This document shows positions 11,195 to 22,311 of a DNA stretch of 64,000 bases, piece by piece. Position 1 is the stretch's first letter. Each line of letters begins with the position of its first letter. The translations under genes were made by a program, and so were the position numbers. Source of the DNA: Lama glama (taxonomy: Eukaryota); contig CM052817.1 of the NCBI GenBank assembly GCA_028534125.1, positions 6,636,001 through 6,700,000 of the forward strand. Direction: 5' to 3'. Under the pieces are notes generated by a model. It saw only the letters and a list, made by a program, of their open reading frames with translations, searched no databases and had not been told where the DNA came from.

Positions 11195-11560
11195 GACCAG
11201 TGACATCCATCTCTGGAACCAAATCCAGTCGGCATGTTCTACCCTCATTTTACTAAACCCTCCAGCAACATTTAATGTGGTTAATCAGTCTTTTTTTTTT
11301 TTTTTTGAGCAGAAGTATAGTCAGTTACAGTGTGTCAATTTCTGGTTACAATATAATGTTTCAGTCATGCACATACATACATATATTCATATTCAGATTC
11401 TTTTTTATTACAGATTACTACAAGATACTGAATATAGTTGCCTGTGCTGTACAGAATAAATCTGCTTTTTTTTTATATACAGTAGCTAATTTAATCAGTC
11501 TCTCTTGACACTTTGTCTACTACTTTCTGAAACACCACCTTCTCCTGAGAACAAGCTTCT
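11195..11560 (+). mobile_element. L2 fragment interrupted by a young L1
   Basis: CCAGTGACATCCAT..CCAAATCCA..CCTCATTTTACT..CAGCAACATTTAATGTGGTTAATCA, resuming after 11491. Confidence 0.6.
11292..11490 (-). mobile_element. Young 5'-truncated L1 with poly(A) tail and 11-bp TSD
   Basis: Poly-T run, then GAAGTATAGTCAGTTACAGTGTGTCAATTTCTGG...CCTGTGCTGTACAG; TTAATCAGTCT at 11281-11291 and 11491-11501. Confidence 0.9.
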
Positions 11561-12167
11561 CTTTTTGCCTCCTTCTCAGTTTACTTTGATTATTTTTCCT
11601 CCCCTGATTAAACTCGAAATGTTACAATTGCCTCCCATTTACAGCTTCTTTGGTTACTGAAGGGATCCCATGCACTCCTGTCTCTATTTGACACTTTGTT
11701 GGCTTTTGGGTCCAACCCACCTTGTCTCTTTGCTGTGCACGGAGATGAAATGAAGATCAATGTGCCCATCGATACAGTCAACATTGGTCAGATGTGGTTT
11801 TCTTATCCTCCTAAGTTTAAAAATGAATGGAAGAAGAGGTTCTAATATTTTCTCCCCAGACCTCAGTGGCTCATCTTGGTTACTCTCTGAAGTACGTGCA
11901 ATCCCGTTGACAACAAGGGTTTGCATTTTCCAAGCTCAGAGATGCTTTCCTTCTCTGGGCTGGTTGGATTCTGATTCTTTTTAAACAAGAAATCCCAGGA
12001 CTCAAAGGGTTTTTCTACTGTCATTTTATTTTATATCCAATGCAATATCGAGTAACGTTTAGATTGTACCTACACTAACTCCTACTGTGTGTTTATGAGG
12101 TTTATAGATGAGGTCCTCGGATATCGGGGTACTATTCAACCACTCCTATCTCACTGGTAATAGGGGA

Positions 12168-12188
12168 ACACACACACACACACACACA
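12168..12188. repeat. (CA)n microsatellite
   Basis: Directly visible, ~10 units. Confidence 0.95.
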
Positions 12189-12574
12189 GAGAAAGTTTTT
12201 ACTTCAACCAGTGACTACATCAAAGTATTTTAGGGTCGAAAAAAGATTGATCCCAAAAAGGAACACTTATAACTATTTCTTCATTAGAATGACTTCCATG
12301 GGGAGATCTCTTTATGGCCTTTAGTAATAAAATTGAAAAAAAATCAAAAAGACAACATAATTTTGGACAGATACCTGTTCCAGAGATTTTGTGACATACT
12401 CATTCAAGTTCTAACAGTATGTGGTGTGTTCTACAGAAGAGATGAAATTATCTTAAGGTATTTATTAATTTCATGTTTCATTTTCTTCCAGAAGAAAAGA
12501 AAGACTAAATTACATGATGAATGTTTCTCAGCTTTGGGGTTAGAAAAGGAAATTTAACCAGAACCTATCAGACT

Positions 12575-12740
12575 CTTGTTAATCAAATGTGTTGCAGACA
12601 CAAGCTGCCTTAGCATCTCCTGGTTGCTTATTAGAAACAGCAGTTCTCAGGCTCCACCCCAGACCTCCTGAGTCAGAATCTGCACTTTTTAACAAGATGT
12701 CCAGGCGACTTACCTGTGCACTGAGCTTTGAGAAGCACTG
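12575..12740. mobile_element. MER5B-like MITE
   Basis: CAGGCTCCACCCCAGACCTCCTGAGTCAGAATCTGCACTTTTTAACAAGAT...TTTGAGAAGCACTG. Confidence 0.75.
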
Positions 12741-12849
12741 TTCTAGAATTGTGGATATTTGGACTTTTTAACATCCAGCTGTCCGTTGCTACCATTGACT
12801 CAAATCCTGTCTGCAATAATCCTGGCCATTCGGCTCTTTCTTAGTTACT

Positions 12850-13735
12850 AAAAAATTGTAAGTGTAAAAATAATTTATTGAACTCAGGAACAAGGAAACA
12901 ACATTTGAAAATCAGGTGAAGGGTTTGTGTGTACGTTTCGGTGCAGAACGTTTATTACGGCAAGTAAGCACACGAGTAGACGGCCAACATCATTAGTCAT
13001 GAAGAAAACGCGAATGAAAGCCACAGCGAGACGCTGCCACACACCTCTCTGAATTGCTCTGCTAATAGCACTGCTACTATCACTGCTCCTGTCAGTACCT
13101 GACCACACTAAGGGTTGGTGAGGTTACGGACTAACTCGGAATCTCGTACGTTGCTGGTGGGGAAGCAAAACAGCAAAATCACTTTGGAAAACAGTTTGGC
13201 AATTTCTTAGAAAGTTAAATGCACACTCACCCTGTGATTCAACAATCCTACCCCCAGCTGTTTACTCAAGGAAGTGAAAACTTATGTTCTACAAAAGCCT
13301 ATATGCAAAGGTTCATAGCAGTTTCACTGGTAACCCCCAGGACCTGGAAACAACCCAAATGTCCTTTAACTGATGAATAAATGAACGAACACTGGTGTAT
13401 CCACACAACAGAATGCAACCAGGCCATGAGAATCCCAAATGACATGACAACATAGGTAAATCTAAAATATATTACACATTTTGCTAGTGAAGGAACCCGG
13501 ATGCCCGTTTGTATGACATTGCGTAAAAGGCAGAACCATAAGGATGAAGAACTGAGGATGGTCACTGGGCCTCAGGGCAGGGGGAGCATCTGAATGCAAA
13601 GGGCAGCAGTTGTGTGTTGATGGACCTGCTCTGTCTCCGGATCTTGGTGGTGGTTCCTCTACTCAAGGCATTTGTCAAATCTCTAAAAATTGCACATCAA
13701 AAAGGATACTTCAGTGTATGTCTATGAAAAATAAA
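12850..13735 (+). mobile_element. Old L1 (L1MC/MD-like) ORF2 end and 3'UTR
   Basis: CAACATCATTAGTCAT, TTGCTGGTGGG, CACTTTGGAAAACAGTTTGGCA.TTTCTT, CTGGAAACAACCCAAATGTCC. Confidence 0.85.
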
Positions 13736-15813
13736 TGTATGCAAATTATGTCTAGTGTACAACGCATGATCTTCACTTTTGAGCCTGCCAAGGAGACATG
13801 GCTCAACCAAAGTCATCTCACAAGCTGGACGTATAGGATGAGGCCACGTGATGGGAACTGAGGCAGGAAACGTGTGGCCCTTCATCCCTCACCATCCGCA
13901 GACGTGGAGGAGTGCGGACTGCTTCCTTTGTTTTCCTTTGATCGCGCCCCCTTCTCTGAGCTGTGTTCTCTCCTGTAAATAAGTCACAAACGTTACCACA
14001 GAAGAGAGAAATGGGAACACGGTGATTTGCATACTCTAATTAAACGGCTGTTTCATGCGCCTTCTGTCTTGGGTTATATTGGGATGGAAACAAAAGTGTG
14101 CCTCTGATTCAGAGTCTGGAGTGTTATCCTTGGGAACTGGAACGAATAAAACAGGCCAGGAAGGCTTGCTCCCTTACAACCTAAATGGGGCTGGCGTGTG
14201 GCACTGCTCGGGGCAAACACCTGGCGTCACCGTCCTTAGCGGGCTGGCCTTCATCTCAGGGAAGTAGGGCCTTTCCGGTTGGACCTCTTCCCGACAGGTG
14301 TGCAGGGAACGATGAGAGTCTGGCCCGTGGGTGAATGACTGCTTCTCATCCATGGAATTCATTTTCTTAGTTGAAATGCTGCATAATCTGGTGGAGAGGG
14401 CACTGAATTGGAAATCCAGGATACGGGGACCTTGCAAGGGCTTTGCTGCCGACACCCAGGTGAGCCCTTTCACAGCTCCGTGCCTGAAAGAACTCAATCA
14501 TTATCATGATTGGTAATTCGTAATAAAAATGCAGACGATTTACGCATGGTTTTTAAGTTTATAAAATGCTTTCGCGCAGGTTAACCCTTTTAAGCTGCAG
14601 GTTCACGTCTGGCAAGAGTGGCTAAGTGGCCTTCAGCATTTGGTTTTATAGGACTGGGAGAGCTGTCAGCTCCCATCCTTCCTTCCATCTTCATTCTGTA
14701 AAGATCTTTTAGTTAATTAAGCAGATTTGATACTGGACCGGATGTATTCCTGAATCAAAGAATTTAAGACATGGCCTTTTCTTTTTCTTTTTTAGTATTA
14801 AAAAAATACATTATAGATGAGTTAGTGAGGTCCAGAGAGGGGAAGAGAGTGGGTAAAGGTCATTCCACCTGTAAATTACATTCTTAGAAAATTAGGCCAT
14901 AAGCCTGTGAAATATCATCTTATGGGACCTGAATGTGCTCACAACACGTGTGAAAGGGGCTGGATTGCTTTGTGTCTATCCTGACAGTGAGGGAGGATAA
15001 ATAGAGGCAATTTATGAGATGCTCTGGGTTCTTTAGAGTCAGTAAAGTGATTGCAAAGCAGTGGTCGATGAGACATAAAAAGCAAGTAAAAAAGGAAACA
15101 TGATTACGATTGGAGTGATGGGTTAAAATTTAAGTTAGGCATATTGAAGTGGAAATCAAATGACTCATTTTTATAACTTATTGATCTTAATGCTAAATTA
15201 GAGATTGACTGTGAACCTCATGACCTTGATAAGAAATATATGTTCTCAGTCCTGTCCCCAGGGTGGCCCAGCAGTGGTGTCTTCCTGTCCCTCGGTACGT
15301 GTGTGGAAAGCATGGTCAGGTCATGGATACTCAGCACCCACGTCGTCCTGCAACACTAGGTGGTTCTTGAGCTGGGGAGGCTCGGGAGAAGCAGGACTCC
15401 CTGGAGGTCAACTGATCCCATGTCTCGAGATGGAGAAAAATTAGGATGGACTCTGAGCTACAATGAGTGCCAGAAGACAAAGAAACTTTAAAAAACTGTC
15501 GAGGGTCAAATTGCAAGGACAAAGGAGATAGTGCTAAGAAACTCCTACTTGCCAAGTTATAACAATTGAAGCATCAAACGAGAATAGTAACTCTCGCTAA
15601 TTGGAATGAATTGAGTCTGTAAGGAAGCTGTGACATTCAAAGATGAAATAAGTTCATTAAAATGTATAAGATGATAATTATAATACAAAAGAAAGGTGAA
15701 TGAAATTTTTAAATTGACTAAGATTGGTAGGGAACTATTGACATATATGACAGTGACATTTTGTTTTCCCAAGTACGTTTGTACAAGTAATATGCACTTT
15801 TTTTTTCCCTTAG

Positions 15814-15892
15814 GAAAGATGAATTATACCAGAGCAGCAAAGGCCGTTTAGCTCAAGAGATTATGGACAAAAACCAAGTGGAAAGCATTCCA
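15814..15892 (+). other. Candidate 79-nt exon
   Basis: Acceptor CACTTTTTTTTTCCCTTAG ending at 15813; donor CCA|GTGAGT at 15893; one frame open (KDELYQSSKGRLAQEIMDKNQVESIP), not recognised. Confidence 0.3.
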
Positions 15893-16056
15893 GTGAGTGG
15901 ACACATGACAGACTGGCCCAAATTCAAGATGAAGTCCTGAGAGGTCCACTCAGCCTCTCATCTCCTACAAAATGAAGGGTCTGGAGGACTCAGCTAATTC
16001 TACTGAGATGCAAAACCTGTAAGTTGAGTGAAACTGTGATTTGAGGCTCAACATCC

Positions 16057-16457
16057 TGTACTAGTTTGTTAGGGCTTCTGGAACGAAGTACCACAGACTG
16101 GCTTAAACAGAAACTTCCTGTCTCTCACTTCTGGAGGCTGGAAGTCCAAGATGAAGGTGTCAGCAGGGCCGGTTCCTTCTGGAGGCCGCGAGGGAAGAGT
16201 CTGTCCCAGGCCTCTCTGCTTGGCGGAGAGACGGTTGTCCTCTCTCTGTGCGTTCATACCGACTTCCTCTGTATGTGTCTGTACCCCAATTTATTCTTCC
16301 TGTAAGGACACAAGTCAGATTATGGCCCACCCATAAAGGGTGCTTTAATTAATTACCTCTCTAAAGACACTGTCTCCAAATATGGTTTCATTGTGAGGTA
16401 CTGGGGGTTAGCACTTCAAAATATGAACTTTGGGGGCATATGAGTCAGCTCATAACA
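16057..16457 (-). mobile_element. MaLR solo LTR (MLT1A0/B-like)
   Basis: TGTACTAGTTTG.TAGGGCT, TTCTGGAGGCTGGAAGTCCAAGAT.AAGGTGTCAGCAGG, GAGGTACTGGGGGTTAG, CATAACA end. Confidence 0.9.
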
Positions 16458-16985
16458 CATCCCATGACACAGACAAAATGATGGCAAAGAGCAGAGACAC
16501 CCAACGCAGGAAAAGAGGTGGCTGTGAACACTCATGGACACACTGAATCAGTCTTGCTGAGGAATATGTGCTGGGGTTTGACTCACTTTAGGGGTTCAAA
16601 TTATGGCCCTGGGTGTGGTCAATTCACTGATACTTCAACAACCCCAGCTGATCAATCACAGTCTTTTTGTTTTATGTTCGATAGGTCACTGTAACCTGGA
16701 AAGATGCATTAAAGTATATGTAAGTATGTAATTAATGGAGAAATTAACTAAACCTACCGGATCACTAATTTTCTCACAGGTTGAGTATGAATATAACAAT
16801 ACATTTTATAAGCACTATGATGTTTTGTGAATATCACATGTTTGTGAATGTATTTTTTAAGGGTTTTTTTTTATATCTTTAAGATGTTTTTTTTAAAGCA
16901 CTTAAGGAAATGTGTCACTGTAGGCTTATGCTTTTATTGAGATAGAGCATTTGAATAAGATTTATAATCAACTTTTTTATCATTT

Positions 16986-17325
16986 AAAAAACATTTATTG
17001 AAGTGTAGTTGATTTACAATGTTAGTTTCAGGTATACAGCAAAGTGATTCAGTTATATATACACATACATAAGTATATTTTATTTTCAGATTATTTTTTC
17101 AGATTATTACAAGAAATTGAATACAGCTCCCTGTGCTATCCAGTAGGTCTTTGTTGTTTATCTATTTTATATATAGTCATGTGTGTCTGTTAACCACAAA
17201 CTCCTAATTTATCCCTCTCTGCCCTTTCCCTTTTGGCAACCATAGTTTGTTTTCTATGTCTGCGAGTCTGTTTTGGGTTTGTAAATCAAATTTTTATCAT
17301 TTTTTTTAGATTGAATGTATAAGAG
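16986..17325 (-). mobile_element. Young L1 3' end
   Basis: TTTATTGAAGTGTAGTTGATTTACAATGTT...CCCTGTGCTAT.CAGTAGGTC.TTGTTGTTTATCTATTTTATATATAG. Confidence 0.9.
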
Positions 17326-18890
17326 GATTTGTGAACTTTCAAATTTGATTTATGAGTTGCACAATTTTATATTTAAATGTTTGGAGAAAATTTACTTAAT
17401 ATACTTATCATTCTAATTACACTGAAAAATAAAGAAAGAGCAAGTGGTAAATTTGATGGTTTACATACACAAAACCCCATTCAGAAGGAACCCTTCTAGC
17501 AGGACTCCAGAGGTGGTTTGGAGCTGGGGACAGATGTGACAGCAACATTCCTGGGCACCTACATGGGGCAGGAACTCGTGGCCCTTGCACTCAGCCCTCC
17601 CCCTCCCTCCCTCCCAGGACTCTTGGCTCTTAATTCTAGTGTAAAGGAAGGAGGCTGATATTCACTCAAATGTATCTTTCACTAACTTTATTCTTTTGCA
17701 AGATTAAGACCACTGATGACAAAGAACAGTGATTCTGCCTCACTGGAAAACACCACGGCTGTTGCACTTCTTAAAAAGCTGGGAATGATGGAAGATAACC
17801 TGCCCCTCCAAAGAAATTTGCATCACAGTAATTCCTATGACCACTCTCTGACCTTCACAAACCCTGTGTTTCCAGATGTCCCCACCTCCTTGCCTTTGCC
17901 TGTGTTATTATCCCTTCTTGTAGGACTCTCTCCACTCACCTTCACTCAGAGATGAGCAGAGAATGGGTCTCCTCCCAAGAAAGAACTTTATAGTATAGTC
18001 AGGGCTTGTCCCCAACCTTCCAGAGTCTGCTGTTGATGAGAAAATTGATTCAATAAATTTAATTCATTTATGATGTCCAAGATTCAAGATATTACTACAG
18101 TGTTACATTATTATTTGCATTTAAAAGTAGGGAAGTGCTTAATGCTTAATTTGAAGGAAATATCTGAGTAACTAGACATGAATTCAAATCTACCTTATTA
18201 ATAACTCCATGTGCCCATGACTATGCTATGTACCAAGTCCCTGATTTTAGTCACAGCATCACTGTTCAAGGGAAATTTACCTTATAGAAATGAATGCCAG
18301 TAGCTGTCATTTTTTGGGTACCTCTTCCAGAGCTGTTTGGTACTTTGTATACATCAGTACATGAATTCCCCCCTCCACCCAGTGGTCTGTGTATTATTTG
18401 CTTAACAATGACAATGAGAGACTCAAAATGTTAAGGTATTTCTGGTAGTATTATCTGGGTAGAGCTGAAATTCAAATTTTGGCCTTAGAGACTGTAAATC
18501 TAGCTCACCTTTGGTTAAGATTCAATGTTGCTTTATGCCTTGATTTTTAGTTTCCGATTGGTGAAATAGACATAATGACGCTTACGCGAGAGGCCCATGA
18601 GAGAGCCAATAATATTAACATAAAGAGAAGGTACGCCTCTCTCCACGTGCAGCCAGGTGGCTGGGCATTTTCAACCTTCCAGGCCCCTCTTCCCTGGAAA
18701 CCTCAGTTTTGAATATATTTATGTTTATGGTTACATTTGCATTTAAAGCTATACAACCATGAACACTCGAGGTGAGGTCTTTCCTGTAGCTCAGTCTGGA
18801 TGGGGCACAGTGTGGATGGATGGTGATGTGGGCACCCTCTTCCCCTTAACTTGGCCTTGGATCAGGATCTAGGTTTCCCACTGTTCAGAG

Positions 18891-19086
18891 TAGGGTTACT
18901 GGATGAAGCAAACACTAGTACAGAATGTCCAGTTAAATTTAAATTTCAGGTAGACAACATTTACTTTTGGTGTAAGTGTGTCCCAACATTTGTATACAAC
19001 ATCTGGGATGTACATACACAAGAAATAATTTGTTTACCTGAAATTCAGATGCGGCTGGGTGTCTTGTATTTTATCTAGCCACCCTA
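18891..19086. mobile_element. MER53 palindromic hAT MITE
   Basis: TAGGGTT...ACCCTA termini; CCAGTTAAATTTAAATTTCAGGTA mirrored by TACCTGAAATTCA; central GTCCCAA...TGGGA. Confidence 0.85.
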
Positions 19087-19153
19087 ACCATAAACCCTAG
19101 GACCAGATCTGGCAGCTCTCACCAGAGTCAGGCCCTTCCCAGGCAGAGAACCG

Positions 19154-19164
19154 ATGAGTCAGCA
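19154..19164. promoter_or_regulatory. NF-E2/CNC-sMaf (MARE/ARE) and AP-1 motif
   Basis: ATGAGTCAGCA followed by AT-rich ATTAA; motif match only. Confidence 0.35.
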
Positions 19165-19471
19165 ATTAACTGACCAGTAGACAGAGTCTGCGGCAGGCAC
19201 TGAGGGTCAGCCTCAAAGATAAAAAAGACGGAAAGACAGGCACAGTGGACAAGATCAAACACCTCCAGGCCTCCTGGAGGGCTTGGCCCGCGTGCAAGAG
19301 GACAGTCTTTCCTCTCATCTGATGGTGACCTGTTTTTCCTCTTTCATTTAAAGAAACAATTTTGGTTTTGTGCTCATCTCGAACTTGGGAAGCTTCTGGA
19401 CAGATAGCAACTCAACTAATTGCTATGTTTTTCTCTCTTATGGGGTCACTTACATTTTTTTCTCTTATGGG

Positions 19472-19550
19472 GCCCCTGGATCTATCAAATCAGTATCATT
19501 TCATGGAGAATCAACTCTGCGAACTTTCAGTTGTTAACCACTCTTTTTAA
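19472..19550 (+). repeat. 79-bp dispersed duplication, copy 1
   Basis: 77/79 identical to 21131-21209 (GCCCCTGGATCTATCAAATCAG...CTTTTTAA). Confidence 0.95.
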
Positions 19551-19849
19551 GTACACTAACATATGCAAAAAAAAAGCATCTTTCTATTTTCACATCTTAT
19601 TTGGTTTTTCTAAATTTAATCCAAACTGGAAAACTGAGTCCTATCCAGTCATTTAGGTGGTCTCTTTGGGGTAGTGCATTTTCCTTAGAGTTGAATGTTC
19701 AGTCTTTCAGATTATTTTCCCGTTACCCCTGCGGGTTTAGCACAAGGTGTGCATTCATTAATATTTATTTAAAAAATGAAAGGTACCCCATTTGTCTACA
19801 CCCACGTCCATAAATGACAAGTCAGCTATCATAATAACTGTATCTGTAG

Positions 19850-20045
19850 CTGCCGTGAATGGGGCATTTAGTTATATGATTTCTAACTTTTGAAGTGTCC
19901 TGTTACATTTCACAAATAGAGAATCCAGGGTTCAGATGAGTTAATTTTGCCTGAGGTCACACAGATTAAATGTTAATAATGGTAGAGCTGAGAATAGACC
20001 CAGATATGTCAAACCTTAAAGTTTTCTCTTCTATTATCCTGCCTT
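19850..20045 (-). mobile_element. MIR fragment
   Basis: ATTTCACAAATAGAGAATCC.GGGTTCAGA...TTGCCTGAGGTCACACAG...TGGTAGAGCTG. Confidence 0.65.
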
Positions 20046-20158
20046 TCAACTAACCAAAATAGTGCTTTAGTTTTACAAGGTGCTTTGATGTACTTTGGGA
20101 AATGTAAAGTGAAATGAAAAGAACTCTCGATTTGATGTCAGCATGCACAGATCTAAAG

Positions 20159-20404
20159 CAGGGCTTCTCCAGCTCGGCGCCACCAACATTTCGCCTGGAC
20201 GATTCTTTACTGTAGGGAGTTGTGTTTGTGCATTACTTACACCAATAGCTTCAGAAAGGTGAATATTGCAAGGTGTTTAGCGTCATCCCTGGTCTCTGCC
20301 CACTAGACACCAATAGCGTAATTTCCCTGCTGTGACAGTGTGCAATATGCAAGCATCACCAAATGTCCCCTGGAGGCAAAATCATCCTTGCTTGAGAACC
20401 AGTG
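20159..20404. mobile_element. MER20 hAT-Charlie element with a ~33-bp internal insertion
   Basis: CAGGGCTTCTC start, TGTTTAGC..CATCCCTGG.CTCT.CCCACTAGA, CCAAATGTCCCCTGG.GGCAAAATCA, TTGAGAACCAGTG end. Confidence 0.85.
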
Positions 20405-20619
20405 GTTTAACTGGATACTGAACCACGTGTGAGATCTTGATCAGTTCATTTTACTTCTCGGAGCTCAGCACCTCCACTGCAGAGCAGAAATTACAGCATT
20501 TGCCCACCTTATCAGGTCAGCGCACAGCTCTGGTGAAATTACACGAAACCACGTTGATGGAGGCCAACCGAGTGCAAGATGTCCCTGCAGACTGCACAGG
20601 TTCTTGCCTGGCCCACCGT

Positions 20620-20760
20620 CAGCCCTGTGGATGCTAGCACTACCTCCATTTTACGGATGTGGAAAGAGAGTCTCAGAGAAGTGGGGTAACATGTTTAAGT
20701 TCACAGATTCAGCAAGCATGAGCGGGTAGAGTCAAATGCAGCTTAAGTTCAAAACAGATG
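20620..20760 (-). mobile_element. MIR fragment
   Basis: CTCCATTTTACGGATGTGGAAA.AGAG.CTCAGAGAAG. Confidence 0.6.
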
Positions 20761-21130
20761 CGTTGAAAGATGTGAAGTGGTCTGGTCCGCTCTAACCTAT
20801 GGCCTATGTGGAAAATTTGAAGGGCCGTTCCATTTGTTTATTTGGTGCATATGATCACCTTGCAATAGGACAAACAACCACAACTTTTATTTATTTTTTG
20901 CTCAGCCAGGCAGTCAGAGCAGGGGAGAAACTGGGAAAATAAGTACATGTCCTGAGCTGTACAGTGTCCTGAGCTGACATTCCTCAAGTTCCATTGTGAC
21001 TATGCGAATGGACATTCTACCTCACAGAAAGGACGCAGCCCACAGACAATCACAGAGATGCCGATATAATCACTTCTTTTAAAATGAAAAGATGATACTT
21101 GATTCACGTGACAGAAGAAGGTAATGCTCA

Positions 21131-21209
21131 GCCCCTGGATCTATCAAATCAGTATCATTTCATGGAGAATCAACTCTGCGAACTTTCAGTTTTTAACCAT
21201 TCTTTTTAA
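21131..21209 (+). repeat. 79-bp dispersed duplication, copy 2
   Basis: 77/79 identical to 19472-19550; offset 1659 bp. Confidence 0.95.
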
Positions 21210-22268
21210 ATGGTTCTCAGTAATTCCACTGTTGTCATCATTTAAAAATAAATGTAATTTGGTGCTGTCTTCAGGGATTGAACAGGAAAAAAATGGTATT
21301 GTTTTGACCAAAGAGAGAGAGAGGAAGATTACCGGAGGAAGGAAGTAAAGAAGGAAGGAAGGAAGGAAGAAGGAAGGGATATTAAAAAGGAAGAGTATGA
21401 AAACCATTCTAAGAAATTACAGGTAAGGAAGCTACAAGCCAACATCTTTTTCTTTACAGGAAGAAAAAGTGTGTTTAAAAATGTGCTGAGTCTGCTGAAT
21501 GCTTGGGAATAATCACCCCTTGGACCTCCTAGAAGTGCAATTCAGTTGCAGACAGCCAGCCTCCTGGCCCAGACCTAGTCTTTCAGTTCATAAGGACGGG
21601 GGAGAGGGGGTGTGTAAACATGACAAGGTAGCTCCCACCTGGAAGAACATGCAGGAGCCGGAACAGAGGGCCCTGCGCTCCCACAGCCAGAGGGGTTCCC
21701 AGCAAGGGAAGTGAAGCTCCGTCCGGAAGAAAGAGGTGGCTGCACCATGGCTTCTATAAGCTCTCCAGAGTCAGGAACTCAGATCCGAGAGTCAGGCACA
21801 GGAAGCGGGGGTTGGGGGTGGGGGAGGGCATGCCAGAAATTCAGCTTTCCGGATTTTTTTTAATTGTTATTTTCTTCCCTCCTGGGCCCAATCACTGGTC
21901 CTTTTCATTCACTGTGACTGGTTTAGCCAGATGCAACCGTCGCATGTTCTAGAGTAGAAATCAGAATGATGCCTAGAATGAGGACTCAGTTTCTGCTCTG
22001 CCCCGAATTAGTTTTGTCATTTTAGGCAAATGAAACGATCTACTTTACTAGGCATGTATTTCCTTACCAATAATAGGATGATATTGTAACTTTGCAGCTG
22101 ATTACTAGTCTCCCACCTTTATTTTTTTTTTTCCTTCTAGCTATGAGATCTATTTATCAAGTGAAACATACCTCACCTGGAACTTGGAACTCGGAACTCC
22201 ATTACAGGGAACACAGACAAGCAAGAGCTGAGTTGGCTGACCTGGTTGGCTGAGCAAAGTTCAGAGAA

Positions 22269-22311
22269 ATGAGTCAGCAGGGCTTCCTGCCCCAAGGGGA
22301 CTCCCCTGGGG
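22269..22311. promoter_or_regulatory. Motif-dense candidate enhancer core (MARE/AP-1, ETS, kB/EBF-like)
   Basis: ATGAGTCAGCA 22269-22279, CTTCCTG 22283-22289, CCCCAAGGGG, GGGGACTCCCC 22296-22306. Confidence 0.35.

Noticed and set aside
17716..17955. 79-aa ORF after a pyrimidine tract
   Set aside because: Splice signals are weak and the peptide is not recognised
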